From an uncultured archaeon (GTDB taxonomy: Archaea; Asgardarchaeota; Lokiarchaeia; Sigyniarchaeales; SOKP01): a stretch of DNA of 64,000 bases. Positions 51,935-62,154 of this stretch are shown piece by piece. The notes under the pieces were generated by a model. That model had not been told where the DNA came from and did no database searches. It was given only the letters and a program-made list of their open reading frames with translations. The position numbers and the translations under genes were made by a program. The stretch is from contig CAZALK010000009.1 in NCBI GenBank assembly GCA_964486045.1, positions 137,309 through 201,308 of the forward strand, read 5' to 3'. The stretch's first letter is position 1. Every line of letters begins with the position of its first letter.

Positions 51935-52074
51935 TTTAAATTTACGTTTAATCAATTCCCGGAGTATAATCTATTCTATAAAATCCTTTTTTTGATATAA
52001 TCATATCGAGTTAATAAATCACTTTAATAAAGCTAAAGTTCAATTAAAAATAATTATTTTTTTTAGTGAATTGC

Positions 52075-52221
52075 ATGGAAGAGATAAAAATACTCTATCA
52101 AAGATTAAATTATGCTTCCGATGGGGAGCGAGAAAAAATCTGGAAACTCATTATTGAAAAAAATCAAACTCTTTTTGAAAAAAGACGGGAAGAATTAAAC
52201 AAAATATTAAAAAAAAAATAG
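52075..52221 (+). CDS. Small helical hypothetical protein (48 aa)
   Basis: MEEIKILYQRLNYASDGEREKIWKLIIEKNQTLFEKRREELNKILKKK*. Confidence 0.45.
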   Translation: MEEIKILYQRLNYASDGEREKIWKLIIEKNQTLFEKRREELNKILKKK

Positions 52222-52323
52222 GAAGTAATATTGGCACCTATATAAAAACTCGTGAAAGAGGTGTTTCACGATCACCCCTATCACGCAGAAGATATCGAAC
52301 CAACAGGTTAGTTCATTTAATAT

Positions 52324-52551
52324 TTATTCTTTTTTTTTATTTAAATCTTTGTCTTTATGGGCATAATGATGCCAAATCAAGGCTACTACGAAACCAATTG
52401 GTATAACAACAAGAATCCATACAAGCCATAATGCAAATCCTACGGAAACTGTTGCAATAGCAACTATAATGAGGAAGAATATAATGAATGTTGTTCCAAA
52501 GGATATAGCAATACTTCTTTTTGTAAGTTCTTCTTCTCTTTTTTCTTCCAT
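52324..52551 (-). CDS. Small two-TM membrane protein
   Basis: Hydrophobic hairpin with charged termini. Confidence 0.65.
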   Translation of the reverse strand: MEEKREEELTKRSIAISFGTTFIIFFLIIVAIATVSVGFALWLVWILVVIPIGFVVALIWHHYAHKDKDLNKKKE

Positions 52552-52726
52552 AGTATAATTTTAGGTATTTGGAAATATAAATAATATGTATTTACATAAA
52601 TACGTACGTATGTATCGTTTTGAGGAAGTAGTATAACCAAAATTTATAGATATTATATTAATCAGTAAATAATAAGTCCTATAAGATGTATATTTGATGC
52701 ATCATTAAAGCTCTAAGAGGAGGGTA

Positions 52727-53509
52727 TTACACTATATATATATCTATTAAAGCTACGTCACCGTTAAAGTCAACTCCTCCGTATCTAGCTTCATATTTAT
52801 CCAAGAACCCATACGGGAAGTCTGGGAAATGGGCATCCCCAAGAGCGATAATATTAGTGAAAACAGCACCACCATATACAACAAACATACATTTGTAGTT
52901 CTGATCCACATACCAGGGAGTATCACTATTTTTCTCCCTTTCCATCTCAACCCATTCAGGGGTGATCCAATCACAATCATCATCCGGATGTAAACTTGTA
53001 AACCTCGTATTTAATTTAATTTCTAAATCTTGCAGATTTTCCCATTCTTCGTGAAACGCAGTATTTCTTGCGGGTGTTGATGCATGTATGATGTGTCTAT
53101 ACTGAGATGCAGCGACCATTGGTCTACTTGCTTTGTAGAACTCGTATAATGCCAAATGTTTAAATACCCATCCTCCCTCATCGTAAATGAGGATGTCTGC
53201 TTCTCTTGATGCGACTTTACCAGCGGATAATACTGAGATGTTAATATCTGGGCTTCCATACACTTCTACCTTGTTTAAGTTGTTTATTTGTACCTTCTTT
53301 ATAAAAGGGTTCATAGTAAACCACTGGGATGCTTGTCCTAACTGGTCTGCATGTGGAGATCGCCATATAACCAGCTTGTCTATTAGCGAGAAGAATACTC
53401 CCAGGACCGTAAGTCCCCTTGACTTCCATCCCCTTCTGCTGTAGTTCCATGCGGTTTCTAATACCTCTTTTGTAGTATCTATTATGGGATTACTTATCGA
53501 CATCTCCAT
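52727..53509 (-). pseudogene. Truncated terminase large subunit-like ATPase
   Basis: Walker A-like SRRGWKS, Walker B ADILIYDE and coupling motif HASTP; the ORF ends just after GGVDF, the first strand of the expected RNase H-like nuclease domain. Confidence 0.65.
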
Positions 53510-53992
53510 ATCTTTCCTTTTCCATACAGTATAGAGTCTATACCTTTCGGGAGCAAAGGTCTTGATAAACCCTAGATAATACCTGAATGCCGATATAGAG
53601 CTAAAAATGAAATGAATGGCAAAGATTTTGAAGCTATGAATAGTGTGAGATACCAAGATGATAGTGGTGAGTGGCGTACCTTCCGAGTGATTAAAGTTCT
53701 AGATTAATATCTATATTTGGTCTATGATATGAGTCGGGATAAAACGGTTCGATATATTGCGTGGAGTATGATGAGGTGCTGAAAGAGATGTATGAAAAGT
53801 TTGGCATTCCGTTTAGGATCATCGAAGTTCTCGAATTGGAAGATGAGAGCTAAGATATCCTCCAAAGGGGTAAGTAGATACTCATAAGAGGTGTTTCACG
53901 AAAAATTTCCTAAAAAGACCAAGGATAAATAACAAAATATTTTAATCATCAGAATATTCTTTTAAAATAATCAAAAACTAACTAAAAAAGTA

Positions 53993-54451
53993 GTGGATGT
54001 TAAAGTGAACATACTTATAGTATATGATACTCTACATGGAAACACTAAAAAAGTAGCAGAACTAATTGGAGAAGGTTTAAAAACAGTTGAGGGAAACACG
54101 GTTTCAGTTGAAAATGTGAAAGAAATTGATATAGAAAAAAGTGAAACTTTTGATGCGATACTCATCGGTTCCCCAAACCACGCTAAAAGCCATACTAAAA
54201 TGGTAAAACAGTTTATCGAGAATCTTCCCAATGCTTCATTGAAAGGAGATTCTTTTGCAGTGTTCGATACGTATATGGGAACAGATTTTGAAATAACTGC
54301 AAAAAAAATGGAAGAGCAAATTACTGGAGTTATGCCAAATATGAAAAAATTGACTTCTGGGTTATCTATAAAAGTTGGTGGAATGAAAGGACCAATTGTG
54401 GATGAGGATCTTCCCAAATGTAAAGAGTTTGGAATAAAATTAGCAAAATAA
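53993..54451 (+). CDS. Flavodoxin-family protein
   Basis: YDTLHGNTKKVAE, LIGSPNH, AVFDTY and CKEFG. Confidence 0.9.
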   Translation: MDVKVNILIVYDTLHGNTKKVAELIGEGLKTVEGNTVSVENVKEIDIEKSETFDAILIGSPNHAKSHTKMVKQFIENLPNASLKGDSFAVFDTYMGTDFEITAKKMEEQITGVMPNMKKLTSGLSIKVGGMKGPIVDEDLPKCKEFGIKLAK

Positions 54452-54480
54452 ATTTAAATATCTTTTTTTTTTACTCAGAA

Positions 54481-55329
54481 TTAAAGAGTTCCTAGAAAAT
54501 TAGAAACTCCAGTAATCTTCGGGACTGCTACCTTGAAATAATTTTTAACTATTTCGAGCAAAAATATTAAATAATCCTTTTGTATTCGTTCACCCTGCCT
54601 TTCAGTGATATGCTTCATAAGTATTTTTGCTGTAAACGTCTGTTTTTGGTATCCAGTTAAAAATTCAGTCAGAGCTTTTGAATATTCAAATGCCTTCTGA
54701 ATTTCATTTCTTACAATAATTAAACCTGTAGTGTGATCATATTCCGCAAAAAATTTCTTAGCTATACTTCTTTCAACGCTTAGTTTTTTAGAATTAATAA
54801 TTTTATAAGCATCGTGAAAAATATCATTATTTTTAAAAATTAAACAATCATCATATTCTTCATATTTCTTTCTATAATTTGTTTCTGAAATGAAATTTAA
54901 ATCAATTTTGAATAAATCCCGAGTTGTATATTTGAAGAAATTTACCACATGATTATAGAGAAACTGATCCTCTGATATTAAAATTATTTTTTCTCCTAAG
55001 AATATGGCTCTAAAAATAAAAGCCATTAATTTTTCTGAAATATTTAACTTAACTAGATCAAATTTAATCGATTCAGTTTCAGGAAGGGTTTTATCATCTT
55101 CATTTTGAGCCATTTCAGTATCAAATGCTTCAATCTTAAAATCTGCTATAAGGCAATCCCTGACAATTAAATTCTTATCTACATAAGCTATAAATGAGTG
55201 ATCGCAAATCATTCCAGGGGAAATATTAATAGCCAGTAGCCCTTTTTTAGCATTTTTAGCCATGTTATCCAAAATCTCTATATTATCCCATTTTGCACAA
55301 ACTGGGCATCGAATTTCAAGTTTAGCCAT
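54481..55329 (-). CDS. Lokiarchaeal-type hypothetical protein with N-terminal CPxC...CxH Zn domain
   Basis: CPVC...GLLAINI...CDHSFIAYVDKN. Confidence 0.7.
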   Translation of the reverse strand: MAKLEIRCPVCAKWDNIEILDNMAKNAKKGLLAINISPGMICDHSFIAYVDKNLIVRDCLIADFKIEAFDTEMAQNEDDKTLPETESIKFDLVKLNISEKLMAFIFRAIFLGEKIILISEDQFLYNHVVNFFKYTTRDLFKIDLNFISETNYRKKYEEYDDCLIFKNNDIFHDAYKIINSKKLSVERSIAKKFFAEYDHTTGLIIVRNEIQKAFEYSKALTEFLTGYQKQTFTAKILMKHITERQGERIQKDYLIFLLEIVKNYFKVAVPKITGVSNFLGTL

Positions 55330-55475
55330 TTTATTTCAAAGGAATTTGATTAGAGTTATACTATAGCAAGTAAATAGAATTCTTATTTTACGGTCTCTCT
55401 TTCTTGTATATTAAATGAAGTAATATCAATTTAAAAATTTGCTAATAGTGATCCTACACATTTTTTTCGGACAAT

Positions 55476-55955
55476 CTAATACCTTTGAACTTTACCATAA
55501 ATTTTTTCTACAAAACTAGCTATTAGTAAGCATATCACAGCACTTAAATTTTCTGCAATAATAAACGAGAAAGTATTATCCAGAAATATAATACAAATAA
55601 AGAACGTTATAAAAAAAAATGAAGTGAAGACAACGAATACAATTAAAAGAGGCTTAGTTATTGGAAAATTTAGAAATTTTTCTAATTTTGTAGCGTTAAT
55701 CATTGATTTACGAAATTGGCTTCTTAATTTTTCTCTCCTTTCTATTTGAGCATAACTCTCAAAAATAATCAGTGTAGCAAAAAAAATTGCTATAGTTATC
55801 CCGATGGGAATTAAAATAACAACAAAGTAGTTTCCAATCTCTAAAAAGTATTGTCCTATAAATATGAAAAATAGTTGAATTAACCCACTCATTCCTAGTA
55901 ATAATATACCGATTCCAAAATACTCCTTTGATTTCCAACGAACTCTAATGGGCAT
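55476..55955 (-). CDS. Four-TM membrane protein
   Basis: Start reassigned to ATG 55955 (MPIRVRWK); the longer ORF-track start lies inside tRNA-Val. Confidence 0.75.
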   Translation of the reverse strand: MPIRVRWKSKEYFGIGILLLGMSGLIQLFFIFIGQYFLEIGNYFVVILIPIGITIAIFFATLIIFESYAQIERREKLRSQFRKSMINATKLEKFLNFPITKPLLIVFVVFTSFFFITFFICIIFLDNTFSFIIAENLSAVICLLIASFVEKIYGKVQRY

Positions 55956-55979
55956 TTTTGTTCTATCTTTTCTATTTGA

Positions 55980-56056
55980 TGGTGGGCCCGGCGCAATTTG
56001 AATGCGCGACCTTCTGCACGTCAAGCAGACGTCATACCAGGCTAGACCACGGGCCC
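55980..56056 (-). tRNA. tRNA-Val(GAC), CCA encoded
   Basis: GGGCCCG/CGGGCCC acceptor, TCTGC-TTGACGT-GCAGA anticodon arm, GCGCA-TTCAAAT-TGCGC T-arm and ACCA end. Confidence 0.95.
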
Positions 56057-56209
56057 ATTTTCAAAATATAATGAAACTTAATTGTATTAATCTATTGTAT
56101 TAAAAAATAAATATTTTATTAAAATTGCAAAATTCTTTTACCTTGAGCTTATGGTTACATTTATGAAATGAAGATTAAATAAAAAAAAAGGAATATAATG
56201 ATTACCCTT

Positions 56210-57445
56210 TTATGCTTTTTTTTCTCTTAAAGCTTTAATCATTGGTAAGTCTTTTCCTGAAAGAATCTCTAGCATAGCGCCTCCCGCTGTAGAAATAAAA
56301 GAAATCCCATCAGCTTTTCCTGACATTGCTGCTGCTGCGCCCATTTCTCCACCCCCAATAATTGTTAAAGCGTTATTTTTCTTTGTAGCTTGTACCATTA
56401 TTTCAACCATATCATTTGTGGCTTTTCTGAATACTTCCATCTCAAATATCCCAGGAGGACCATTTGCAATAATGGTTTTACATTTCATTATAATTTCTCT
56501 AAATTTTTCTACTGTTTTTGGACCAATATCTCCAGTGGTTGTGTTATATGTCCCAGCTTCATCAACTCCTATTGTTTTTCTATTACCGTTATCATCTATA
56601 ATTAAATCATCGGGGAGTATTATTCTATTTTTGTATTTTTCATAAGTTTTTAATATCATTTCTTTATTTGCATCCAGGTCTTCAGCTATAATTTTATGAT
56701 TTGATTCTCCCATATTTTTACCTAAAGCCTCAAAAACTAAAATTGCTGTTAATCCTGAGCATAAAGCATAATCTAATTTCTCATTATCAAAGTTATATTT
56801 CATAGCTTTAAACTTGTCGATTGCTTTTGCTCCTCCTATTAACATAGCCATAGGTTTTTCTGGATTTTCCATAATTTTCTTTAGTGCATTTAATTCCTTG
56901 TCGGTAATTGGCCCTGCCATCATTTTTGGCCATCCTACGATAGAAGCATGAGCACGGTGAGCTGCTCCAAAAGCGTCAACTATGACATAATCAACTAAAG
57001 GAAAAAGTACTCTCACTAATTCAGTATTTTCTGCTTCAGAAAAATCTTTATATTCCTTCATTTCCCCTTCAAATTTTCTAACATTATTAAGAACTAGGAC
57101 ATCTCCTTCTTTAAGATCGTTTATTGCTTGAACTGCTTGCTCTCCAAAAATATCTTTTACAAACTTTACAGGACGTCCAAGGTATTTTTCAATCTCTTTT
57201 GCATGGATATCTAGATCCGTAAAATCATCTCTGCCAGGCCGAGATTGATGTGCAAGAATAATTACTGCGCTTTTTTTAAAATATTTATCCAAGGCTGGAA
57301 CAAGAGCGCGAATCCGAGGAGAATCTCTGATCTTCATTTTATCTACATCAATGTTGGAGTTTATATCAACCCGCATTAAGATTTTTTTACTTATTAAATT
57401 CACATCCTTAAATGATGCATAATCAATTTTCATATATTGTTTCAC
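56210..57445 (-). CDS. pgk: Phosphoglycerate kinase
   Basis: RVDINS, LAHQSRPG, DAFGAAHRAHAS, GGAK, DIGP, NGPPGIFE and STAGGA. Confidence 0.97.
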   Translation of the reverse strand: MKQYMKIDYASFKDVNLISKKILMRVDINSNIDVDKMKIRDSPRIRALVPALDKYFKKSAVIILAHQSRPGRDDFTDLDIHAKEIEKYLGRPVKFVKDIFGEQAVQAINDLKEGDVLVLNNVRKFEGEMKEYKDFSEAENTELVRVLFPLVDYVIVDAFGAAHRAHASIVGWPKMMAGPITDKELNALKKIMENPEKPMAMLIGGAKAIDKFKAMKYNFDNEKLDYALCSGLTAILVFEALGKNMGESNHKIIAEDLDANKEMILKTYEKYKNRIILPDDLIIDDNGNRKTIGVDEAGTYNTTTGDIGPKTVEKFREIIMKCKTIIANGPPGIFEMEVFRKATNDMVEIMVQATKKNNALTIIGGGEMGAAAAMSGKADGISFISTAGGAMLEILSGKDLPMIKALREKKA

Positions 57446-57593
57446 TTCAGATTAGGATTTAAAATTGAAATAGTAGTAATTTATAATTATTTTGAATGGT
57501 TATTATCTTTTTTTAAAAATTAGAAAAATACAAAATGAGTGAACCCTTATTCATTTTAAACATATCTCATTTTGTTTTCTTAGGTAATGTGTT

Positions 57594-58373
57594 ATGAGTG
57601 AAATTAAAGATATTCTAACAAAATTGTTAGAAAAAAAAGTGTCTTTAGAAGAAGCGGAACGTTTATTAAGAGCAAATCAAGTTGAAGAAGTTGGAGATCT
57701 AGCTAAATTGGACATTTTTCGTAGAACAAGGACAGGAATGCCAGAAGTCATTTTTGCCCAAAATAAAACACCTCAAATGGTAATAGAAATTACCATCAAA
57801 TTTTTAGAAAGTAAAAAATTCGCAATTATCTCTCGGTATAATGAAGATCAGAAGAATCTCATCCTTGAATCATTTGAGACATCCCATGAGTATGATCTTA
57901 ATGTTAACAAACTTGGGAAAATAATTGTTTTAAAAGAAAAATCGTATAATTTTCCAAAAAAAAAGGGACTAGTGGGAGTTATAACTGCTGGCAGTTCAGA
58001 TATATCTGTAGCAGTAGAAGCAAAGATTATTGCCGAAGCTATGGGCTGTAAAGTCATTACATCTTACGATGTGGGCATAGCAGGAATACATCGACTTTTC
58101 ACACCCCTAAGCGAAATGATTAAAAATGGTGTTCATATAATAATAGTTTGTGCAGGGATGGAAGGAACTTTACCTGGAGTCGTAGCTGCTCTTGTGGATG
58201 TTCCAGTTATTGGAGTTCCAATATCGAGTGGATATGGTATGGGGGAGAAAGGAAAGGGTGCTCTCGTTACGATGTTACAATCATGTTCCCCGGGACTACT
58301 AGTTGTAAATATCGATAATGGTTTTGGTGCTGGAGCCTCAGCAGCGATTATTGCGAATAAAATCGCGGAATAG
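57594..58373 (+). CDS. larB: Nickel-pincer cofactor biosynthesis protein LarB
   Basis: R..RTGMPEVIF, TAGSSD, DVGIAGIHRL, AGMEGTLP, VPISSGYG and VNIDNGFGA. Confidence 0.94.
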   Translation: MSEIKDILTKLLEKKVSLEEAERLLRANQVEEVGDLAKLDIFRRTRTGMPEVIFAQNKTPQMVIEITIKFLESKKFAIISRYNEDQKNLILESFETSHEYDLNVNKLGKIIVLKEKSYNFPKKKGLVGVITAGSSDISVAVEAKIIAEAMGCKVITSYDVGIAGIHRLFTPLSEMIKNGVHIIIVCAGMEGTLPGVVAALVDVPVIGVPISSGYGMGEKGKGALVTMLQSCSPGLLVVNIDNGFGAGASAAIIANKIAE

Positions 58374-58634
58374 ATTTCTTTTGTGTTTTAAGGTGTAAAA
58401 GTGATGATTTTTTTTAAATAAATACATCTTTAATTAAATTACTAGTCATTTGTTGGATTTTTTTACTTCAAGTCAAGGGTAATATTACTCAAAATCTTAT
58501 CCGGTTTCGATAATATCCTTCATATAGTTTAAGATGGATAAGTATAAATATGTAAATTAATATAGTTATAATTGAACTTATTTTTATAAATAAAAACTAA
58601 AATCTAAACACTAAGAACAAGTAGTTGAGACCCA

Positions 58635-59177
58635 ATGGTCGCAATTATAGAAAATATTGAATTTATTGAGAAATCTAAAAAGTGTTTTGAAGATCGAGAC
58701 ATCCCCAACACCTTAGATAACTTCGAAAAAGCAATAAACCACATCGATCGAACAAATTTAACTAATAAATCAGATTATGTTCAATTTTTGCAGTCTGTTT
58801 TGAGATACTGCCAAGAGAATGACTTACATGAGCAAGAGGCATTAGTATTAAGAACATTAGGAAGAACATACTCTATTTTTAAGCAACATGTTGAAAGTAT
58901 GAAATGCCATTATCAATCTCTTAAGATTCAAAAAAAACTTGGTAAAAAGGTAGAGACTGCTGAAGGTTTAGTGTTTTTGGCCGAAGACCTTGAAGTTTCT
59001 GGCAATTACGATAAAAGTGTTGAAGCATTTGAAGAGGCGTCAGAAGTTTTCAGAGATTTAGGAAAATTAAAGAAAATCAAGGAAATTACAAAAGAAATAA
59101 ATAGAATAAAAGAATTTTCTAAAGAAATGGTTGAAGACGAGTATATGTTAAATAAGTTTCATGTAGATAATTATTAA
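58635..59177 (+). CDS. Tetratricopeptide repeat protein
   Basis: EALVLRTLGRTY...SLKI and LAEDL...G.Y..S...FEEA repeats. Confidence 0.8.
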   Translation: MVAIIENIEFIEKSKKCFEDRDIPNTLDNFEKAINHIDRTNLTNKSDYVQFLQSVLRYCQENDLHEQEALVLRTLGRTYSIFKQHVESMKCHYQSLKIQKKLGKKVETAEGLVFLAEDLEVSGNYDKSVEAFEEASEVFRDLGKLKKIKEITKEINRIKEFSKEMVEDEYMLNKFHVDNY

Positions 59178-59237
59178 ATCAGATCCACAAAAAGCTTATT
59201 TACAAAACCAATTTTTTTTCTTTATTATTTTAAATTG

Positions 59238-60536
59238 CTATTTTTTTTGATTATATTTATGAAAAAGTTGTTCTAAGTGTGCTTGAGCAACAAATTCAAC
59301 ATTTTTAAACGGTATTCCTAAATTTTCACTTATTTTTTTAATATCCTCGAATTCTGGTTTGATATTAACTATTTCCTTACCTCTATCTGAAGAAATGAAT
59401 GAGATCTTAAAATTTACTTCAAATATCTTCCCTTCAATTTCAATTCTTCGTTTTTCCAGAATTCTGTCAACACAAACGCGATTAATCGAGTTTGTTCTTA
59501 CACCTAAAGTTCCTAATTCGTGAATAATTTTTAAAATTAATTTAGTTGCATATTCGGGATAACATAGAATCTGGATAATATGACTTGGGCGATTTTTCTT
59601 TGTGATACTTGGAATTATCTGGATATCCAAAATATCTTCATTTTTTACACTGTCTATGAAATTTCCAAGAATTTCTCCTGATATATCATCAACATCAGTC
59701 TCTAAAATAGATACTTTCTGGGTATATTTCTCCAACGAATCGATTTTTTTTGAAATATCAAATCCTTTATGTTCCCCATAAAATGTTCGCATTATGTTTA
59801 AAAATTCTTTAAATTTCTTTTGTCCAGTACTATAAATCGACTTTTTAATCTTCAGATCAGGTAAATATTGACAAAATTCAGGATTTAAGCTAGTCAATAG
59901 TGCAGCTCCTGTTGGGGTTACTAACTCAGAATCAACAGGACCTCCAAATGTGACTAAATTTGATTTTTCTAAAATTTTTAGCGTTGCTGGAGCGGGAACA
60001 GCTAATAATCCATGTGCAGTTTGCACCTTACCCCCACCTAAAGGTAGTTTGCTACAATATACTTTAATCTCCTCTTCAAAACATCTTATTTGATCCAAAG
60101 CAGCAGTAACCCCTAAAATATCTATTAAAGTATCAACAGAACTAAGTTCATGAAGATGGATATTCTCTACTAAATCACCATGTACTTCCACTTCTGCATT
60201 AATAAGCTTCTCTAAAACTTGATTAGCATAATTTTTCGCCAATTTAGTAAATTTTTTTTCATTCAAATATTTATTCATAGAATCCCTGAGTGTTTTTGGT
60301 GACCGGTGGTTTTTGGTTTCTTTAATTTCGAGTTTTAATTGATTTAATTGGATTCCTGATCTAGAAATTTTTATCAATTCAACGGTTAATTTTGAAATAC
60401 CTGGTAAATACTCTTTTAACTCATTAAGTTCATCAAGAATTTTGTTAGTCTCTTCTGGAACTAATCCTAAAAGAGAAGCAAGAAACATATCTCCAGATAT
60501 TCCAGAATTATTCAGATCTAGGTACATTATTCTCAT
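59238..60536 (-). CDS. larC: Nickel-pincer cofactor biosynthesis protein LarC
   Basis: SGISGDMFL, AEVEVHG, IHLHEL...D...DI, HGLLAVPAPAT, ELVTPTGAA, ETDVDD and KPEFED. Confidence 0.95.
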   Translation of the reverse strand: MRIMYLDLNNSGISGDMFLASLLGLVPEETNKILDELNELKEYLPGISKLTVELIKISRSGIQLNQLKLEIKETKNHRSPKTLRDSMNKYLNEKKFTKLAKNYANQVLEKLINAEVEVHGDLVENIHLHELSSVDTLIDILGVTAALDQIRCFEEEIKVYCSKLPLGGGKVQTAHGLLAVPAPATLKILEKSNLVTFGGPVDSELVTPTGAALLTSLNPEFCQYLPDLKIKKSIYSTGQKKFKEFLNIMRTFYGEHKGFDISKKIDSLEKYTQKVSILETDVDDISGEILGNFIDSVKNEDILDIQIIPSITKKNRPSHIIQILCYPEYATKLILKIIHELGTLGVRTNSINRVCVDRILEKRRIEIEGKIFEVNFKISFISSDRGKEIVNIKPEFEDIKKISENLGIPFKNVEFVAQAHLEQLFHKYNQKK

Positions 60537-60681
60537 AATAATCTGCTATTATAATTAGTATAAAATTCAATAATTGAAGGGATAATAATTTTATATTTAT
60601 ATCATTTTTCAAGTAGATTAAAAAGATAAACTTACTTCATTTTCCTCATAACAAATAACCAAATGAAATTCATAATTTTAA

Positions 60682-61439
60682 ATGTTTTGCCCTACATGTG
60701 GTTCAAATATTTCTAATGAGGCCAAATTTTGCCCTAACTGTTGAGAAAACTTAGAAAAAGCAAGGGTTCTTCTTATTGAGCCTCCTATTATTTCAGAATC
60801 AGACATAGAGCTTTCTCTTGAAGGTGATGGTGAAGTTTTAAATGTACTCCTAAACAAGGTTAATAAATTCTATATTATAGTAAAAAATAAAAGCTCAAAC
60901 CCTATTTATGATTTAAGAATTAAACTTTCTGGTCCATCTCAAGTCGATATATTAACAAATTTAATAATTTTTCAGGTCATCGGAGCGAAGAGTACCAATA
61001 GAGCTCCTATTAGTATATTACCCAAAGAATCTAAATTTTTTACATTATCTGCTAAATTACAATCTAAGGATGGTCATTCAATGACATCAATAATTGAAAT
61101 TGAAAGTTTACTTACATTCCCAGTAAAGCTTCCCACTGAGATTTCAACTAGTATTGAGAGAGAAAAATACCTGTACGACCAATGCAAAAATCCCCCTCAC
61201 TTATACAAAGACCGTTAGGAGGAATAAATCAAGCTGTAGCTGTTCTTGTCATTTTTGCTCTTTTTGGCTTAATTTTAATGATTTCTGGTGTTGCATCGTT
61301 TTTCGGGGGTGGTTTACCACCCACTACAGGAGTAACTTTCCTTGTAATTGGGTTTATATTTATTAGTGTTGGAACTAAAGGCAAATGTTTATGGTTACCC
61401 TGCGCTTGTGCCTGTGACGATTGTAATTGTGATTGTTAG
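60682..61439 (+). pseudogene. Zinc-ribbon + beta-rich domain + TM + Cys-rich tail gene, broken by a TGA and a frameshift
   Basis: MFCPTCGSNISNEAKFCPNC-TGA(60742)-ENL... stays open for about 150 more codons, then shifts frame near 61160 into ORF 61182..61439 (two TMs and CACACDDCNCDC). Confidence 0.7.
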
Positions 61440-61509
61440 AAAAAAGATTTGAAGAATCTCTCATTTAGATTGAAGCCGAATTACTAATTATAGTAAGAAA
61501 AAATAGAAA

Positions 61510-61983
61510 TTGGATAAAAGAATGTATGATCAAAACGATGATCCTCAAAAAGGTAATAGAGTAATAATCCCCTGGTTAACACATCATGATCCAAAGCGAA
61601 ATGATTTTAATAATCATGTAATTTATATATTTAAATATGCAGTATGTTTAGGATGTTCTGCATTTATATTGGGTACTATTCTTGCTTTAATATTAGGAAA
61701 TTTATTTTACAGTTATATTATCAATTCCTTCGGCTTAGGTGTAATTCTCTCAATCTTCTTTATTTGCTGGATCCCCTCCATCTTCCAGTATTCAGTTCAG
61801 ATAATGAGAAAAAAACCGATTAGAAATCGAACGATAAAATTTACTATTCGTTTCCTTTATCCAATTGGTAGTATAATTCTAATTTTTAAGTCCCCCTTAT
61901 TAGGCTTTGGGTTAGCCATTCCTGCGGGGTATTTTATTCTCTACATCAGAAAGTTAAAAGATAAAACTTTAACGATAAAATAG
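61510..61983 (+). CDS. Membrane protein with His/Cys motif (DUF2085-like)
   Basis: LTHH...H......VCLGC followed by TM helices. Confidence 0.65.
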   Translation: MDKRMYDQNDDPQKGNRVIIPWLTHHDPKRNDFNNHVIYIFKYAVCLGCSAFILGTILALILGNLFYSYIINSFGLGVILSIFFICWIPSIFQYSVQIMRKKPIRNRTIKFTIRFLYPIGSIILIFKSPLLGFGLAIPAGYFILYIRKLKDKTLTIK

Positions 61984-62154
61984 AGAAATAGTTAGTTTAA
62001 CAAACTCATGTTTAAATGACAATTATTCTACCTTTTTTCAGAATTGGTATAAAACTCATTAAGCAAGTAATAACAATTTTATAGTTATATTATCTTTTTA
62101 ATAATATTAAGATTTAATAAAAATAATTTAGAATTTCAATTTTAGGGCACAATT

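Larger units (their letters stand above)
52250..53901. mobile_element. Degraded virus-derived segment bounded by 16-bp direct repeats
   Basis: AAGAGGTGTTTCACGA at 52256-52271 and 53886-53901; the left copy lies within the palindrome TCGTGAAA-GAGGTG-TTTCACGA; the segment contains a truncated terminase-like gene. Confidence 0.6.

Noticed and set aside
52583-52616. Short palindromes TATGTA-TT-TACATA and TACGTACGTA upstream of the small TM gene
   Set aside because: Too short and AT-rich to support an operator or origin call.
55956-56024. N-terminal extension of ORF 55476..56024
   Set aside because: It overlaps tRNA-Val; the true start is more likely ATG 55955.
527-58057. Many ORF-track entries antisense to or nested within real genes (e.g. 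527..940, 4562..4828, 10450..10815, 16964..17350, 49977..50339, 53971..54417)
   Set aside because: Shadow ORFs overlapping well-supported genes, with no motifs of their own.
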